IMG/VR virus record: IMGVR_UViG_3300042349_000638
DNA length: 64,000 nt
Direction: 5' to 3' (one strand)
DNA from: an uncultured virus (IMG/VR IMGVR_UViG_3300042349_000638)
Taxonomy: Duplodnaviria; Heunggongvirae; Uroviricota; Caudoviricetes
The notes beneath the pieces are model-generated. The model was not told the DNA's origin. It worked only from the letters and a program-made list of their open reading frames with translations, and searched no databases. How positions within the stretch are numbered: the stretch's first letter is position 1; each line of letters begins with the position of its first letter. Below are positions 9,462-20,206 of this stretch, piece by piece. A program made the position numbers and the translations under genes.

Positions 9462-12400
9462 TTATGCTTGTGTTTCAATCCAAGTAATACGACCAGATAC
9501 CAAGAATGGAGATGAACCTCTAATCAATGCGGTATCGATAGGTTTAACTGCAAGAGTTAATACATCTGGACCATCTGGATAAAGTCCATCACCACCAAGT
9601 ACAGAGTTTCCAAGTGTTGCAACTCCATCAAGACCTACAGTTGTTCCGTTCAGTCCTCTCTTGAGAGTAACTCCTTCAAGTGAAGCTCCACCTTGAGCTC
9701 TGAATGAATAGACAACCTGACCACTAGAATAAGTGTCTCCAACTTCATGTTGACAATATTGACTTAAACTTGGGGAACCAACTTCTTCCCATTCATCACT
9801 AGAAAGTTTAGCATTAACGATGAGAGAAACTTCGCAATCGTGAGTTGTAAGAACATTTGCTTCTTTAAGTAGAATTTGCATTCTATTAATAATTTCTCTA
9901 AAACCAACCTTTCCTGTTGTTGAATTGTCCGCAGAAGGAGCAAGTCTGATTGAAACCAGAGGAATAAATTCCTTGAGAGTTTCAGCAGTTCCAGAGAATG
10001 CATAGAAAGCAAAGTTAGTAGTTCTAGTTACTAACGCTTCCTTATCCATAAAGATTCTATAATCGTCTCTTTGGCGGTTGGTAATAGTAGCTTGCTCAAT
10101 TTCAATTGCTGTAATACGAGTTCCTGCTTCAAAGATACCTGTAGTTGAACCTGTGATTTCTTCACCAACAACTAGAGTTTGTCCCTCTGTTCTATTAATA
10201 AATGTAACTACAGTTGAACCTACGCTTGTCTGACCAGTTGGAACTACACCATTGTAGTTTGCAATACCACCATTAGTGAATGGAAGAACCTTAGAGTCTG
10301 CACTGAAGTGATAAACTCTATCTTGGTCAAACTTGCCATCCATGATGACAGATACGCCCCAGTGATATAGTGATGGTGAGAAGAATGGGTCATCTAAGGT
10401 TTCAACTTCATATCTGACAGGTAAGTTACCAGATCTAAAGTATGCTTCAGTGAATTGGTTATTATGTATAAACTCATGACAATACTTAATTTCACCCTCT
10501 TGAGTCTTCATACCAAATCTGATAGTTCCAGCGCCATACCAGGAATAATCCATGTAAAGCATTTGAATTCTATTTGTATCAATCTGATATCCACTGATAC
10601 CAGTTCCATCCATTCTATCAATATTCCATTCACTTTGAGGTACAATAGTATCAATAACTTTACTTGCGGTTACTCCACTGAGAGTCTTAGATCTATATGC
10701 TGGTTGTACATACATTAGATCGTCATCTAAGATCTTAATAACCTTATATGTTTGACCTCTAAGAATAATTCTATCAAACTCTCTAAGTTGGGTAGTAAGT
10801 CTTGCACGACTTCCTCTAATCAGATACTCTCCTTTTTCGCAAGTAAAGGAACCAGCAAGTTGTTGAGTATTTGATCTTCTTACAACAGATAGAATGTCTC
10901 CATCAAACTGGAAGAAGAATCCATTTTGATCATCAAACATACCAGCTTTAAGGTATGCGTCTCTCCAATTTACTACGTTAAATACAGGGAATCCTTCAAA
11001 CTTAGGATCTTTTAATGGTGTAGGAGTTCCTATTCTAATATTAAAATCATCAATAACTTCTTCAATTGCATACTCACCATTCAATTCTACTGGATAAGTT
11101 GCATTTAGAATTTGGAACTTCTGATCATCGTCAAATGGCGCTTCAGTTGAAATACCATGTGGCCATTTTGTTGTGACAATCAAGTTAGTTGAAACTCCAA
11201 CTTCTCCTTGAATTTGAACTTTTTCAATATCATATGTTGGGTTGAAGTTCAATGCCATTGAGCACTGAATACCCTTTCCTGCTTGATAGCGGAAATACTT
11301 TCTTGTTTGCCTAATCAATTGAGAATTAGGAACAAGACCTGCAACAAGTTGTACAGCACCGTCAAATGGTCTATGAATTACTTTACTGTCACTGACTGCA
11401 TACAATCTACTAGGAATGAAGTAATTTGCACTTTCATTGGAGAATGATGGTTCATCCTCAAGTTTAATAACAGTATTACTCTTTACTTGAACAATCTTAG
11501 ATTCAAAATAAGTTCCTGGTCCAACGTTTGTACCAACTCCAGATCTATTCTTATAGATTCTGAAAGTATCGCCAGCAGAGAAATCAGTATAGAAATTGGT
11601 ATTCTTTCCAGTTACTGTTTCCGACTCAGTATTAATTCCAATTGTACCAGGACCTTGAATAAATCCTTTAATACTTCTAGAAATGAATGAATGAGTAAGT
11701 GTTGAACCCAAAGAAGTATATACAATCAGATCACTATTATCAACATCATTAAATCTATTGATCGCAAGTTCTTGGTTTGTTGATAAACCAATATGATTTG
11801 AATCAAGAGTTCTTACAAAATAATCAGCATTGTCAGTTAGACCACCAATAACAGCGGATCCATTTGAAGTGTATCTGATTTTAGTTCCATCTGCAAGTTT
11901 ATGATCAATAATTCTAAGCCAATTGGAATTAATTCCAACTCTGGTAGTATCTCCACCAGACATTGTATTGATGACTTCTGGAACTTCTACGGTACTATAA
12001 AGTGTAAATGCATTTTCAGCATATCCTGTTGAAGTAGTTTCAACATCTTTTACTACATACGTATCGTCAGCAGCTCCATCGGTATCAATAGTGATAGAAT
12101 GTGTTCCAATTCCACCTTGACTTGTAAATGATGTAATTCCACAAATCTTAACTGAAGCGGATGTTACACGCTTGTTAAAGACATTAAGACGATTCTTAGT
12201 TGTTGGTACAGCAACTGTAATATAAGTTAATGGATTTCTTCTACGTACTTTATATCTTCTCCAGTAGTACCACCAATACCTTCTTCTCCATCTTCTTCTC
12301 CATCTTCTACTATAGTAGTAATAATAAAAATATGCAGTAGAAATTCCTACAATCTGGTGAATACCTTGAATGAGAACGTTTTCAGCAGCAGTTCCTTCAT

Positions 12401-14660
12401 ATCCACTGACTTGAGCATACCCATAACGGAATAGACCTGCTGTGTGAGCAGCGCCAGTAATACAAGTAATTGTTGCAGTTGCTCTTAATCCTCCCGAATA
12501 ATTCCAGGAATAAATGTCAAGACTTTCTTGTTCACGAGCAACTCTGAATCGATCATTTGAGATTAGACCATCATCAGTTTTTGCATAGAAATAATTATCA
12601 GCTGTTAATCCTCCTATAGGAGTTCCAGTGGTTGTATTATATCTAAGTCTTTGATTGTTTGTTAGTTCAGCTCTAGGTGGATTAGTAATTCGAATTGTAA
12701 ATGCATTTGGTCCAATTAAAGAAGATGTAAATCTATGATAACCATTAAGAGTTCTAAATGAATCATTTGGATTCTGAATATTCAGAACTAATTTGTTTCT
12801 TAGTCTTGCATCTCTATAATTATAGAGTTCATACCAATTATCTCCAATATCACTCTTAACATTTCTAATCAAATAATCTGTGTTATTTGCTAATCCAGAT
12901 GGAGTTCCACGAGTTCCTGTATTAGTTGTATAGCGAACAGTTTGAGCAGTTCTATAACCTTCTGTGCTAAATCCTACATCCTGAGGAAGATAGATTGAAT
13001 GCTGCAGTGGGTGATCAACAACCCGAGATGCCGCAACAAGTCTATCGTCATTCATGTAATAGGTAAGGTAGTATCCATAATACCAGTAGTAATACCAATA
13101 CCAACCCCACCACCAGTACCTATAATATCTTGCTCCAGGTACTCTAATCTGATACTCATTTAAGATGCCAGTAACTTTATATGTTCTGTATAGATCAGTC
13201 GACCAATTTCCTCTTGTAGTAGTAACACCAATATTTCCAGTATTCCACTTACTAAAGAAGCAAATATTATCACCGTATTGCAATCCGTGTGGTTTTGCAA
13301 ACGTAATGGTTCCTCTTCTATCTACACGGGTGATTCTACCACCATTTGCTTTAATTAAACGGTGAGTTCCAAAATCATTAGTTCCTCTAGTTGTTGGAGT
13401 TATTGCTGGATCATTAAAATCTCCAGCAACTCTAAACGAAACGAAAGTATATCCAGAACCAACTTGTACATCACTGACTTTTAGTGGATGATAACTGGAA
13501 ATTCCTGGTCCAGGAAAACTGTTTCCTCTGGGCGTATAGAACATAACGACGTCATCATTTTCAACAAGAATATTCTTGCCGTTTCCATACTGCTCATCCT
13601 TATAGATATAAATTCTTCCAGCATTTGCTTCACCATTAATCTTCCAGTTTGCTCTTGGAACATTCCATTCTTGACTTCCAATCCAGTTATCCTCAATATA
13701 AGGAAGATTTGCAAGATAAACTGAAGAAATTGGAGTAATTGCAACTCCAGGACCTGGAGATGGAATTGTTGATTGGTAATATGTTTCGTTTTGGGTTTCA
13801 ACGTTTGTAGGACTTTGGAAATTATATTTTTTTGTTGCTCTACTTTTCTTGAGGAAGAGTTTTGTTCCCTCTACAATACCAGGAATATTATCTGTTGTAA
13901 CTCTAAACGTTGACGCAGCGCCAGTGCTTGTCTGAATATCTAGAACTTCAATTGTTGATCCAGTATAGAAAGATCCTGGGAAAATAAGAGTAAACTCTGT
14001 GTCTAACTGAAGAGTTTTATTGGATCTAAATGGAATCTTAACAGCAAATGTTGTGTCATCAGGAACATCTCTAATAATAAAGATACCTTCATACTTTGGA
14101 TCTTTAAGACCTTGAATGTCTACTACAGAACCAATTTTTAAATTATGAGGTTCTGGGGTCTGTACTACGATATAATCGTTACCATCATCTACTTTTACAG
14201 TAAGAGCTTCAATATTTTCTTCTGGAATACCTGAAGTATATGAAGTTGGGATATTATTAACTAACTTAACAGTTTCCCATTTAGTAGTTTGAGTTCCATA
14301 TTCAAAATCAGTATCAATTAGGGATTGTGGCTCAGATACTCTTAATTTTCCAACAGGATCAAGTAAATGCTTAGTTGGGATTATTTCAATATCTTCTTTT
14401 TCATAATAAATTTGGAATGAATCCGTAGATGCCATTCCAACAGTATTATATGATAAATCAAACGTTGTTTGATTTAGTGGAGCATTGTAATTTACTCTGA
14501 CTGTAGTATCAGGATCTGCAAAGCTGTATACCGCAACGTTTCTGGTTGAGTTTACAATGGATAATAATTTTGGAAGAGGCACATATCCTTTTGCTGTAAT
14601 AATACCAACAGAAGGAGTAAAACCAATTATTTGATTACCATAAATTAATTGTCTTGCCAT
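9462..14660 (-). CDS. Giant virion structural protein (paralogue of 46804-51684)
   Basis: 1732 aa. Shares SLIDTDFEYG-x-Q-x-TKWET, HRPFDG, RQTR-x-YFRYQ-x-GKG, MDYSWYGAG and the terminal W-x-E-x-QA with the 1626-aa protein. Lies in the fibre cluster behind a late promoter. Confidence 0.7.
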   Translation of the reverse strand: MARQLIYGNQIIGFTPSVGIITAKGYVPLPKLLSIVNSTRNVAVYSFADPDTTVRVNYNAPLNQTTFDLSYNTVGMASTDSFQIYYEKEDIEIIPTKHLLDPVGKLRVSEPQSLIDTDFEYGTQTTKWETVKLVNNIPTSYTSGIPEENIEALTVKVDDGNDYIVVQTPEPHNLKIGSVVDIQGLKDPKYEGIFIIRDVPDDTTFAVKIPFRSNKTLQLDTEFTLIFPGSFYTGSTIEVLDIQTSTGAASTFRVTTDNIPGIVEGTKLFLKKSRATKKYNFQSPTNVETQNETYYQSTIPSPGPGVAITPISSVYLANLPYIEDNWIGSQEWNVPRANWKINGEANAGRIYIYKDEQYGNGKNILVENDDVVMFYTPRGNSFPGPGISSYHPLKVSDVQVGSGYTFVSFRVAGDFNDPAITPTTRGTNDFGTHRLIKANGGRITRVDRRGTITFAKPHGLQYGDNICFFSKWNTGNIGVTTTRGNWSTDLYRTYKVTGILNEYQIRVPGARYYRYWWWGWYWYYYWYYGYYLTYYMNDDRLVAASRVVDHPLQHSIYLPQDVGFSTEGYRTAQTVRYTTNTGTRGTPSGLANNTDYLIRNVKSDIGDNWYELYNYRDARLRNKLVLNIQNPNDSFRTLNGYHRFTSSLIGPNAFTIRITNPPRAELTNNQRLRYNTTTGTPIGGLTADNYFYAKTDDGLISNDRFRVAREQESLDIYSWNYSGGLRATATITCITGAAHTAGLFRYGYAQVSGYEGTAAENVLIQGIHQIVGISTAYFYYYYYSRRWRRRWRRRYWWYYWRRYKVRRRNPLTYITVAVPTTKNRLNVFNKRVTSASVKICGITSFTSQGGIGTHSITIDTDGAADDTYVVKDVETTSTGYAENAFTLYSTVEVPEVINTMSGGDTTRVGINSNWLRIIDHKLADGTKIRYTSNGSAVIGGLTDNADYFVRTLDSNHIGLSTNQELAINRFNDVDNSDLIVYTSLGSTLTHSFISRSIKGFIQGPGTIGINTESETVTGKNTNFYTDFSAGDTFRIYKNRSGVGTNVGPGTYFESKIVQVKSNTVIKLEDEPSFSNESANYFIPSRLYAVSDSKVIHRPFDGAVQLVAGLVPNSQLIRQTRKYFRYQAGKGIQCSMALNFNPTYDIEKVQIQGEVGVSTNLIVTTKWPHGISTEAPFDDDQKFQILNATYPVELNGEYAIEEVIDDFNIRIGTPTPLKDPKFEGFPVFNVVNWRDAYLKAGMFDDQNGFFFQFDGDILSVVRRSNTQQLAGSFTCEKGEYLIRGSRARLTTQLREFDRIILRGQTYKVIKILDDDLMYVQPAYRSKTLSGVTASKVIDTIVPQSEWNIDRMDGTGISGYQIDTNRIQMLYMDYSWYGAGTIRFGMKTQEGEIKYCHEFIHNNQFTEAYFRSGNLPVRYEVETLDDPFFSPSLYHWGVSVIMDGKFDQDRVYHFSADSKVLPFTNGGIANYNGVVPTGQTSVGSTVVTFINRTEGQTLVVGEEITGSTTGIFEAGTRITAIEIEQATITNRQRDDYRIFMDKEALVTRTTNFAFYAFSGTAETLKEFIPLVSIRLAPSADNSTTGKVGFREIINRMQILLKEANVLTTHDCEVSLIVNAKLSSDEWEEVGSPSLSQYCQHEVGDTYSSGQVVYSFRAQGGASLEGVTLKRGLNGTTVGLDGVATLGNSVLGGDGLYPDGPDVLTLAVKPIDTALIRGSSPFLVSGRITWIETQA

Positions 14661-14707
14661 CGAATCCCCTTATGCTTCTCTTTAATTAATCTGTATTATT
14701 TAGTAAA

Positions 14708-17700
14708 TCAAATACCAAAGATAATTGAAATTCCGTTGACAAAATTTCTAATACTTTGATTTCTAATATAAAGATTTGTTTGCATGGTTGCAATACCAGT
14801 CACAGCAAGATGCTCTGTAGTTAAAACACCATCAACATCTATATTTTTTAAGAATCTAATGTCTTCAGCGAAAGTTGAGTATCCAACAATTCTATCAACA
14901 TAGATATCCGAGAAAGTTGCAACACCAACTACAGAAAAGTCTCCGCCAATATTAACTGATTTTTCAATTCCAACACCACCTTTGATAACAATAGATCCTG
15001 AAGAAATTCCACTGGATTCTGTTGTATTTGCAAATGTTGTTATTCCATTTATTAAAGTTCTTCCTTGAACATATAAAGCAGTGCCACTAATTGCTACAGT
15101 TGTACCAATACCAACACTAGATGTTGTAACAAGACCTACTCCACTAATGTCTCTCTTCCAAACGTCGGATACGTTGAATAGTCCCGATCCATCTCCAGTG
15201 AAAGTACCAGACCAAATACCAACAAAAGTATTTCCAACCTTAATAGCACCAAATTGTTCCCACTCGTTATCTGTAGTGTAAACCCATCCTAAATGACCTC
15301 CACTTTGGGGATTTGAATTAAATACAACATCGCCAGGAGAACCAATGTCACTAGGAGCAGAAACTCCAACTGTATATTTCTTAGATGTTAGTTGATTTCC
15401 CTGTAAGTATAGTGATACCGCTTCAATTCCCTTATCTGATGTTGAAGTTAGTCTGTTAGAGAATACTACTGGTCCATCAAATCTTGATATAATGTTTCCG
15501 TCTGGTCCACCTTCAACTTTGACTGATCTACTAATTGTAACTTCTAATGGAGATAATACATCAAAACCAATATTAATTCCTTGAATATCTAAATCTTCAC
15601 CAGTTACAGTAGGAACAGGTGCATTAAACACTTCTTCCTGACCAGTTGCTGAGTTAATCTTTTTATTTCCGATGAAGAAAGAACCTTCTCCATTCATTGC
15701 TGTATAAACAGCAACGCCACCATCCATTTTTAAAGAAGTTGCAGCAATCTCTTCTGGTCCAGATAGTTTTCTATCTTGACGATCTGGAAGAGAAGTTGAA
15801 TAGTTTCCTGGTCCAAATCCCAGATATTCAAATGTATGCCCAGATGCCCTGATGATTGAATTCCTACGTAGTTCAATTGGAACTGGATTTATTTTGAATA
15901 CTTTTGATCCGATTAAATGTCCACTCTTAAATGTTCCAAGAACACCTCTAAACACTGGAATTTCATTCTGAGTAACATTCTCTCTAATTCTAACAATTTC
16001 ATCATCAATTGCTAGATAATCTCCAATTTTTAGACCCAGATTAACTGCGTTAAAAATTACAATGTTATCAATGTCTGGACCTGTAACTTCTCCATAAAGT
16101 GTTGTAGTAATTCCAGCATAATATGGAACCATTCTGCCAGAAATATTTTCATTTTTATTAGTTACTGATCCTGCATTTGAGGTTAATGCTTCTCTATATG
16201 CGTATATTGTTCCTGTTGGAATAGTAGTTGTTTGTACACCAACATTCAATTCAAATTGAGTTTTACTAATAACTTTTTTAACAATAAAATCATCATTGTA
16301 AGATGATATAGAAGCACCACCTATTTTAACTTTATTATTGATAGCGAAACCATGCGAACCACTTGAAGTGAATGTTGCAATTCCAGTATTAACATTATAT
16401 CTGATCGATGTTATTCCTACAGATGGAGAACCTAGAAGTGCATATGCATTTAGTGTTGCAGTAACACCAATACCTGTTCCAGGATTTGCAATTTCAACAA
16501 AATGAGCTGACTCTACATCAATTGAAGTACTTGCTCCAATTGATATATTTGTGATTCTATATACGGTATTATATTGATCCAGTGTGTCAGGAATAATACC
16601 TTGAACACTTAAAACATCTCCAACATTATTGTAAATTGATGTTACACTGACGATACCGATAGTATGTCCAGTTGTTGTTGCAATTCCAACTACTGCAAGT
16701 GTATTTCCAACTCCATAAGCACTTCCTCCATCAATAATATTAACATCTAGAAGTCCTCCACTTACGCTATCGATTCTTACAATTGCAGTAGCATCACTAC
16801 CAACAACGGTTGTACCCAATCCAACAAGTCTAGCATTATAAAATACCTCACTTACTCCAATACCTGTACCATAATTTAATCCAGAGTTTGCAATGGATAC
16901 TTTTGTAATTGCATTTAATCCATGATCATGTTTTGTGGTGATTGTATGATTGTATCCTCCAACACTAGAAGCAATATTCTGAATGTCAATTCCATTTTTA
17001 GAATCAATAAAATTCTTATTAATTGTTTCTTTAGTAACGCTTCTCTGAGGATCATTTAATACTACCTGACCAATTGTAGATCGAGAAGCAAATGATCTAG
17101 ATGGAAGAGGATCTGAATCAAAATTATCTCGGTTTATTTGTGGATAAAGATTTTCAATAGGTTGACCAAACTTATATACATCAAAAGGAGATATATTTGG
17201 AGAATTTGATGCATTAGTTACTACAAGGTGATAAACACCATCCCTTTCTCCAGGTATATAACTTTGTATCTCTTGAACTCTATATACGACATAAGTCTCT
17301 TTATACTTTGTTCTTGTTAGATATGGAAGAGCAGTTGTTCTTGTTGATATATCATTCTGGAAGATTCCAGGATTGGTTGTTAATGCAACTGTAAATCTTC
17401 TTCTAGTAGAAACACTCAGTACAGTAAATTCTCCATTAAATCCAAGATCATCTGTTGCGCTTAGATTTTCAATACTTGAAATATTTTTTAAGCGAACAGT
17501 GTTACCTGCTGTCAATTTATGAGGAAGTTCTGTAGTAATTGTTGCAACTCCAGAATTCCAGGTAGCGTTAGAAATGAATCTAAAATTCCTTAATTCGTAA
17601 GTTGAATTTAATTCTTGATTATCAGTACTCAGATACTTAAGAATTTCTTCATCTGTTTCTGCTGTAGTGGTGCTGGATTCTTGAATAACATAACCATCAA

Positions 17701-20092
17701 GTGGTGGTCTTGCTAGTAAGAAACCTCTTGGAATTACATATCTTAAACGATAAATTGAATCAGAGAATGATCTAGTATCAGGTGTACGAGTAATATAAGT
17801 TCTTGCAGTAGCTTTATATGTAAGATCAGATATTGCATCTGTTATTGTATCAGTTGTTTGTGATATTTGAATGTACCATTGATTATTTGAAGAATCATAT
17901 TGAATTGGATGTCCAATATCACCAGATTTTTTATCAGATACTCTACTGATTAACTTTAACTCAGATGTTTCGTTACTGTATATTTGCGTTTCTTGTCCAA
18001 TAGTTGCTTCATTCAATGATTTAGCAAGTTTTATCTGTGTTGATCCAATTCCAGTTGCAACATCATTTGTAATTACATAATACAAATTATTATTTGTCAG
18101 ACCATCTGGAAGATGTCCAGTATCGGACATTATCCTGACGGTCTCTCCATTTTCAAAATCATGTGGTGCTTTAAATGTGATAATATTATTTGTTATTGAA
18201 TTAGATACTCCATTGATTTTTTTAGAAACAATAGAAACTTTCTCTGAAGTATTTTCATTACTTCCGCCACTCATTATAACTTTTGAGGAGTATAATTGAG
18301 ATAAACCAGACTTAGTAATATTAATATTGATTAATTCATTTCTCTTTGCTCCAATTCTATATCCATCAGAAATATAATCTGGGATAATATCTTGGTTTAA
18401 TTGATTATAAAGATATAATCTACCTGGAGTAGTTGCTGCATTAGTATTTTCTATATCAATTTGATAGAATTCAACTGAGGTCTCTCTTTCCTCATTTTCT
18501 CTTGGTGGAATTACGTGAGTAATATATCCATAATCATCTCTTCTAAATGCAAGAGGTCTAAATCCTTTGGATACAAGAGAAACAGCACCAAAGTTAGAGT
18601 TGGAGTTTGTGATTGAAAGATCACCACCAGATTCCGCAACAAAGTGATTTGCATATCCAATTGCAAATACTGATACAATTTGGATAAAAGCATTATTTGA
18701 TGCTTTGATATGGAAATTTTCTGATTCTGGTTTATATCTTGCTCTTGAATTAGAATACAAGTTAGAAACAGAAGTATTATCTAAATATGATCCTGTTTCA
18801 TCATCATAAAGAACAAATGCATTATCATCTTTTTGCAGACCAATTCCAGTGAATTGGGCGACTACCATACTTTTGAATCCACTTGCCTTGCTTCCATCAG
18901 CATGTAATCCGCACATGCCAAATACTGAACGGAGTGAAATATTAAAGATGTATGGAGATGCTGAGGTCACAGTATCACTAACAAGAACTAGAGATGCATT
19001 TGCAGTTGCATCTGCAGTTGGAGCAGCAATAAGTGGAGGATTCTGTACTTGATAACGAATTACCGATGAACTAACAACTTCACTTATAACAAATTGTCCA
19101 TTATAACCACCAGAATCAACATTTTGAATTTGAATAGGCGTATCTACATCTAGACCTGAAAGTGGTTCTTGTAATTCTACAGTAATTGTTGTGCTAGAAT
19201 CAATTGCATTTCCTGCATAAATTGAAGATATTAATGTCTCTTCTCCAGTTGATCCAACAATTCTAAATTCATCAACTTTAGTTTGAACATCAATACTTGT
19301 TGATGGATAATCTGGAAATATATTTCTTCCACTTGACTCGCCATATGCCAAACCAATTTTTTCATAATACATGTCAAGATCTGTTCTACCAGCATTAAAA
19401 TTGCTGATAAAGTCATCATTGATTTTGACATTATTAACACCATCAGCGTACTCAAATACGGTTAATTTGTGGTGAGAAAAATTTGGAACAAATAGATTAG
19501 TTGTATAGTCTTTATAAATGTTTCCATTTGGAGCACCATCAAGAATAGTGAATTGCCAAATATAGGAAGAACCAGTTAATCTAAAAATTGCAGATCTCTC
19601 GATTTCATTATTTTGAGGATCTGGAACGTATTTTGGTCTAATTCTAGTTTTTCTGAGGTCTAATCCAACAATAGATGTTCCTCTTGGAATAATTACTCCA
19701 CCATGAACACTATTAAACTTGTATAATTGATTATCTTCAGAGTTTAAATTAAAATCAGAAGTTCCACTAAATGGTGGGAAATTACTTGAGGTATCACTAT
19801 TTCTAAGTAAGAAATTGTTTGTACCATTAGGTATCCATCCAGGTCTATTATCTACAATGTGATCACCTGGATATAGGAGAATTGTTGTCTTACCAAACCT
19901 ATCATTATCCAGACCTCTTTGATAAGAAAATCTAGCTGCTTCAATTAATGCCCTTTGAATTGTTTTGAAAGGACGAGCAAGAGAATTGCCTTGATTTTCT
20001 ACACTATCTGTAGAATCTAGACTTGATGGGTCAACATATAATATTTCCCCTTTGATGTTCTTGAGAAAATTATCTAAGCGGCTTAGACCCAT
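14708..20092 (-). CDS. Large virion structural protein of T4-like cyanophages
   Basis: 1794 aa. N-terminus MGLSRLDNFLKN...PFKTIQRAL is recognisable from cyanomyophage structural proteins. Repeated PHGL-type beta modules. Late promoter at 20122-20128. Confidence 0.7.
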   Translation of the reverse strand: MGLSRLDNFLKNIKGEILYVDPSSLDSTDSVENQGNSLARPFKTIQRALIEAARFSYQRGLDNDRFGKTTILLYPGDHIVDNRPGWIPNGTNNFLLRNSDTSSNFPPFSGTSDFNLNSEDNQLYKFNSVHGGVIIPRGTSIVGLDLRKTRIRPKYVPDPQNNEIERSAIFRLTGSSYIWQFTILDGAPNGNIYKDYTTNLFVPNFSHHKLTVFEYADGVNNVKINDDFISNFNAGRTDLDMYYEKIGLAYGESSGRNIFPDYPSTSIDVQTKVDEFRIVGSTGEETLISSIYAGNAIDSSTTITVELQEPLSGLDVDTPIQIQNVDSGGYNGQFVISEVVSSSVIRYQVQNPPLIAAPTADATANASLVLVSDTVTSASPYIFNISLRSVFGMCGLHADGSKASGFKSMVVAQFTGIGLQKDDNAFVLYDDETGSYLDNTSVSNLYSNSRARYKPESENFHIKASNNAFIQIVSVFAIGYANHFVAESGGDLSITNSNSNFGAVSLVSKGFRPLAFRRDDYGYITHVIPPRENEERETSVEFYQIDIENTNAATTPGRLYLYNQLNQDIIPDYISDGYRIGAKRNELININITKSGLSQLYSSKVIMSGGSNENTSEKVSIVSKKINGVSNSITNNIITFKAPHDFENGETVRIMSDTGHLPDGLTNNNLYYVITNDVATGIGSTQIKLAKSLNEATIGQETQIYSNETSELKLISRVSDKKSGDIGHPIQYDSSNNQWYIQISQTTDTITDAISDLTYKATARTYITRTPDTRSFSDSIYRLRYVIPRGFLLARPPLDGYVIQESSTTTAETDEEILKYLSTDNQELNSTYELRNFRFISNATWNSGVATITTELPHKLTAGNTVRLKNISSIENLSATDDLGFNGEFTVLSVSTRRRFTVALTTNPGIFQNDISTRTTALPYLTRTKYKETYVVYRVQEIQSYIPGERDGVYHLVVTNASNSPNISPFDVYKFGQPIENLYPQINRDNFDSDPLPSRSFASRSTIGQVVLNDPQRSVTKETINKNFIDSKNGIDIQNIASSVGGYNHTITTKHDHGLNAITKVSIANSGLNYGTGIGVSEVFYNARLVGLGTTVVGSDATAIVRIDSVSGGLLDVNIIDGGSAYGVGNTLAVVGIATTTGHTIGIVSVTSIYNNVGDVLSVQGIIPDTLDQYNTVYRITNISIGASTSIDVESAHFVEIANPGTGIGVTATLNAYALLGSPSVGITSIRYNVNTGIATFTSSGSHGFAINNKVKIGGASISSYNDDFIVKKVISKTQFELNVGVQTTTIPTGTIYAYREALTSNAGSVTNKNENISGRMVPYYAGITTTLYGEVTGPDIDNIVIFNAVNLGLKIGDYLAIDDEIVRIRENVTQNEIPVFRGVLGTFKSGHLIGSKVFKINPVPIELRRNSIIRASGHTFEYLGFGPGNYSTSLPDRQDRKLSGPEEIAATSLKMDGGVAVYTAMNGEGSFFIGNKKINSATGQEEVFNAPVPTVTGEDLDIQGINIGFDVLSPLEVTISRSVKVEGGPDGNIISRFDGPVVFSNRLTSTSDKGIEAVSLYLQGNQLTSKKYTVGVSAPSDIGSPGDVVFNSNPQSGGHLGWVYTTDNEWEQFGAIKVGNTFVGIWSGTFTGDGSGLFNVSDVWKRDISGVGLVTTSSVGIGTTVAISGTALYVQGRTLINGITTFANTTESSGISSGSIVIKGGVGIEKSVNIGGDFSVVGVATFSDIYVDRIVGYSTFAEDIRFLKNIDVDGVLTTEHLAVTGIATMQTNLYIRNQSIRNFVNGISIIFGI

Positions 20093-20131
20093 TGTATTAA
20101 CGCTATATGTTCTGTTATGTTTATTTATTCA

Positions 20132-20159
20132 CAACAAAACCCCCGATTACTCGGAGGTT
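20132..20159 (-). terminator. Intrinsic terminator
   Basis: Minus strand CCTCCGA-GTAA-TCGGGGG (GNRA loop) followed by TTTTGTTGT. Confidence 0.75.
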
Positions 20160-20201
20160 CATGAAGTCACACGGAAGGGTCTGGTTTTTTGTATCGCTAC
20201 T
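20136..20201 (-). ncRNA. Candidate ~65-nt small RNA
   Basis: Lies between a consensus sigma70 promoter and an intrinsic terminator, with no complete ORF inside. Confidence 0.55.
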
Positions 20202-20206
20202 TATAT

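Noticed and set aside
12237..13130. Stop-codon reassignment or frameshift error explaining the Trp/Tyr tracts
   Set aside because: All Trp codons there are TGG, the frame is continuous on both sides, and genes throughout the window end normally at TAA/TAG/TGA.
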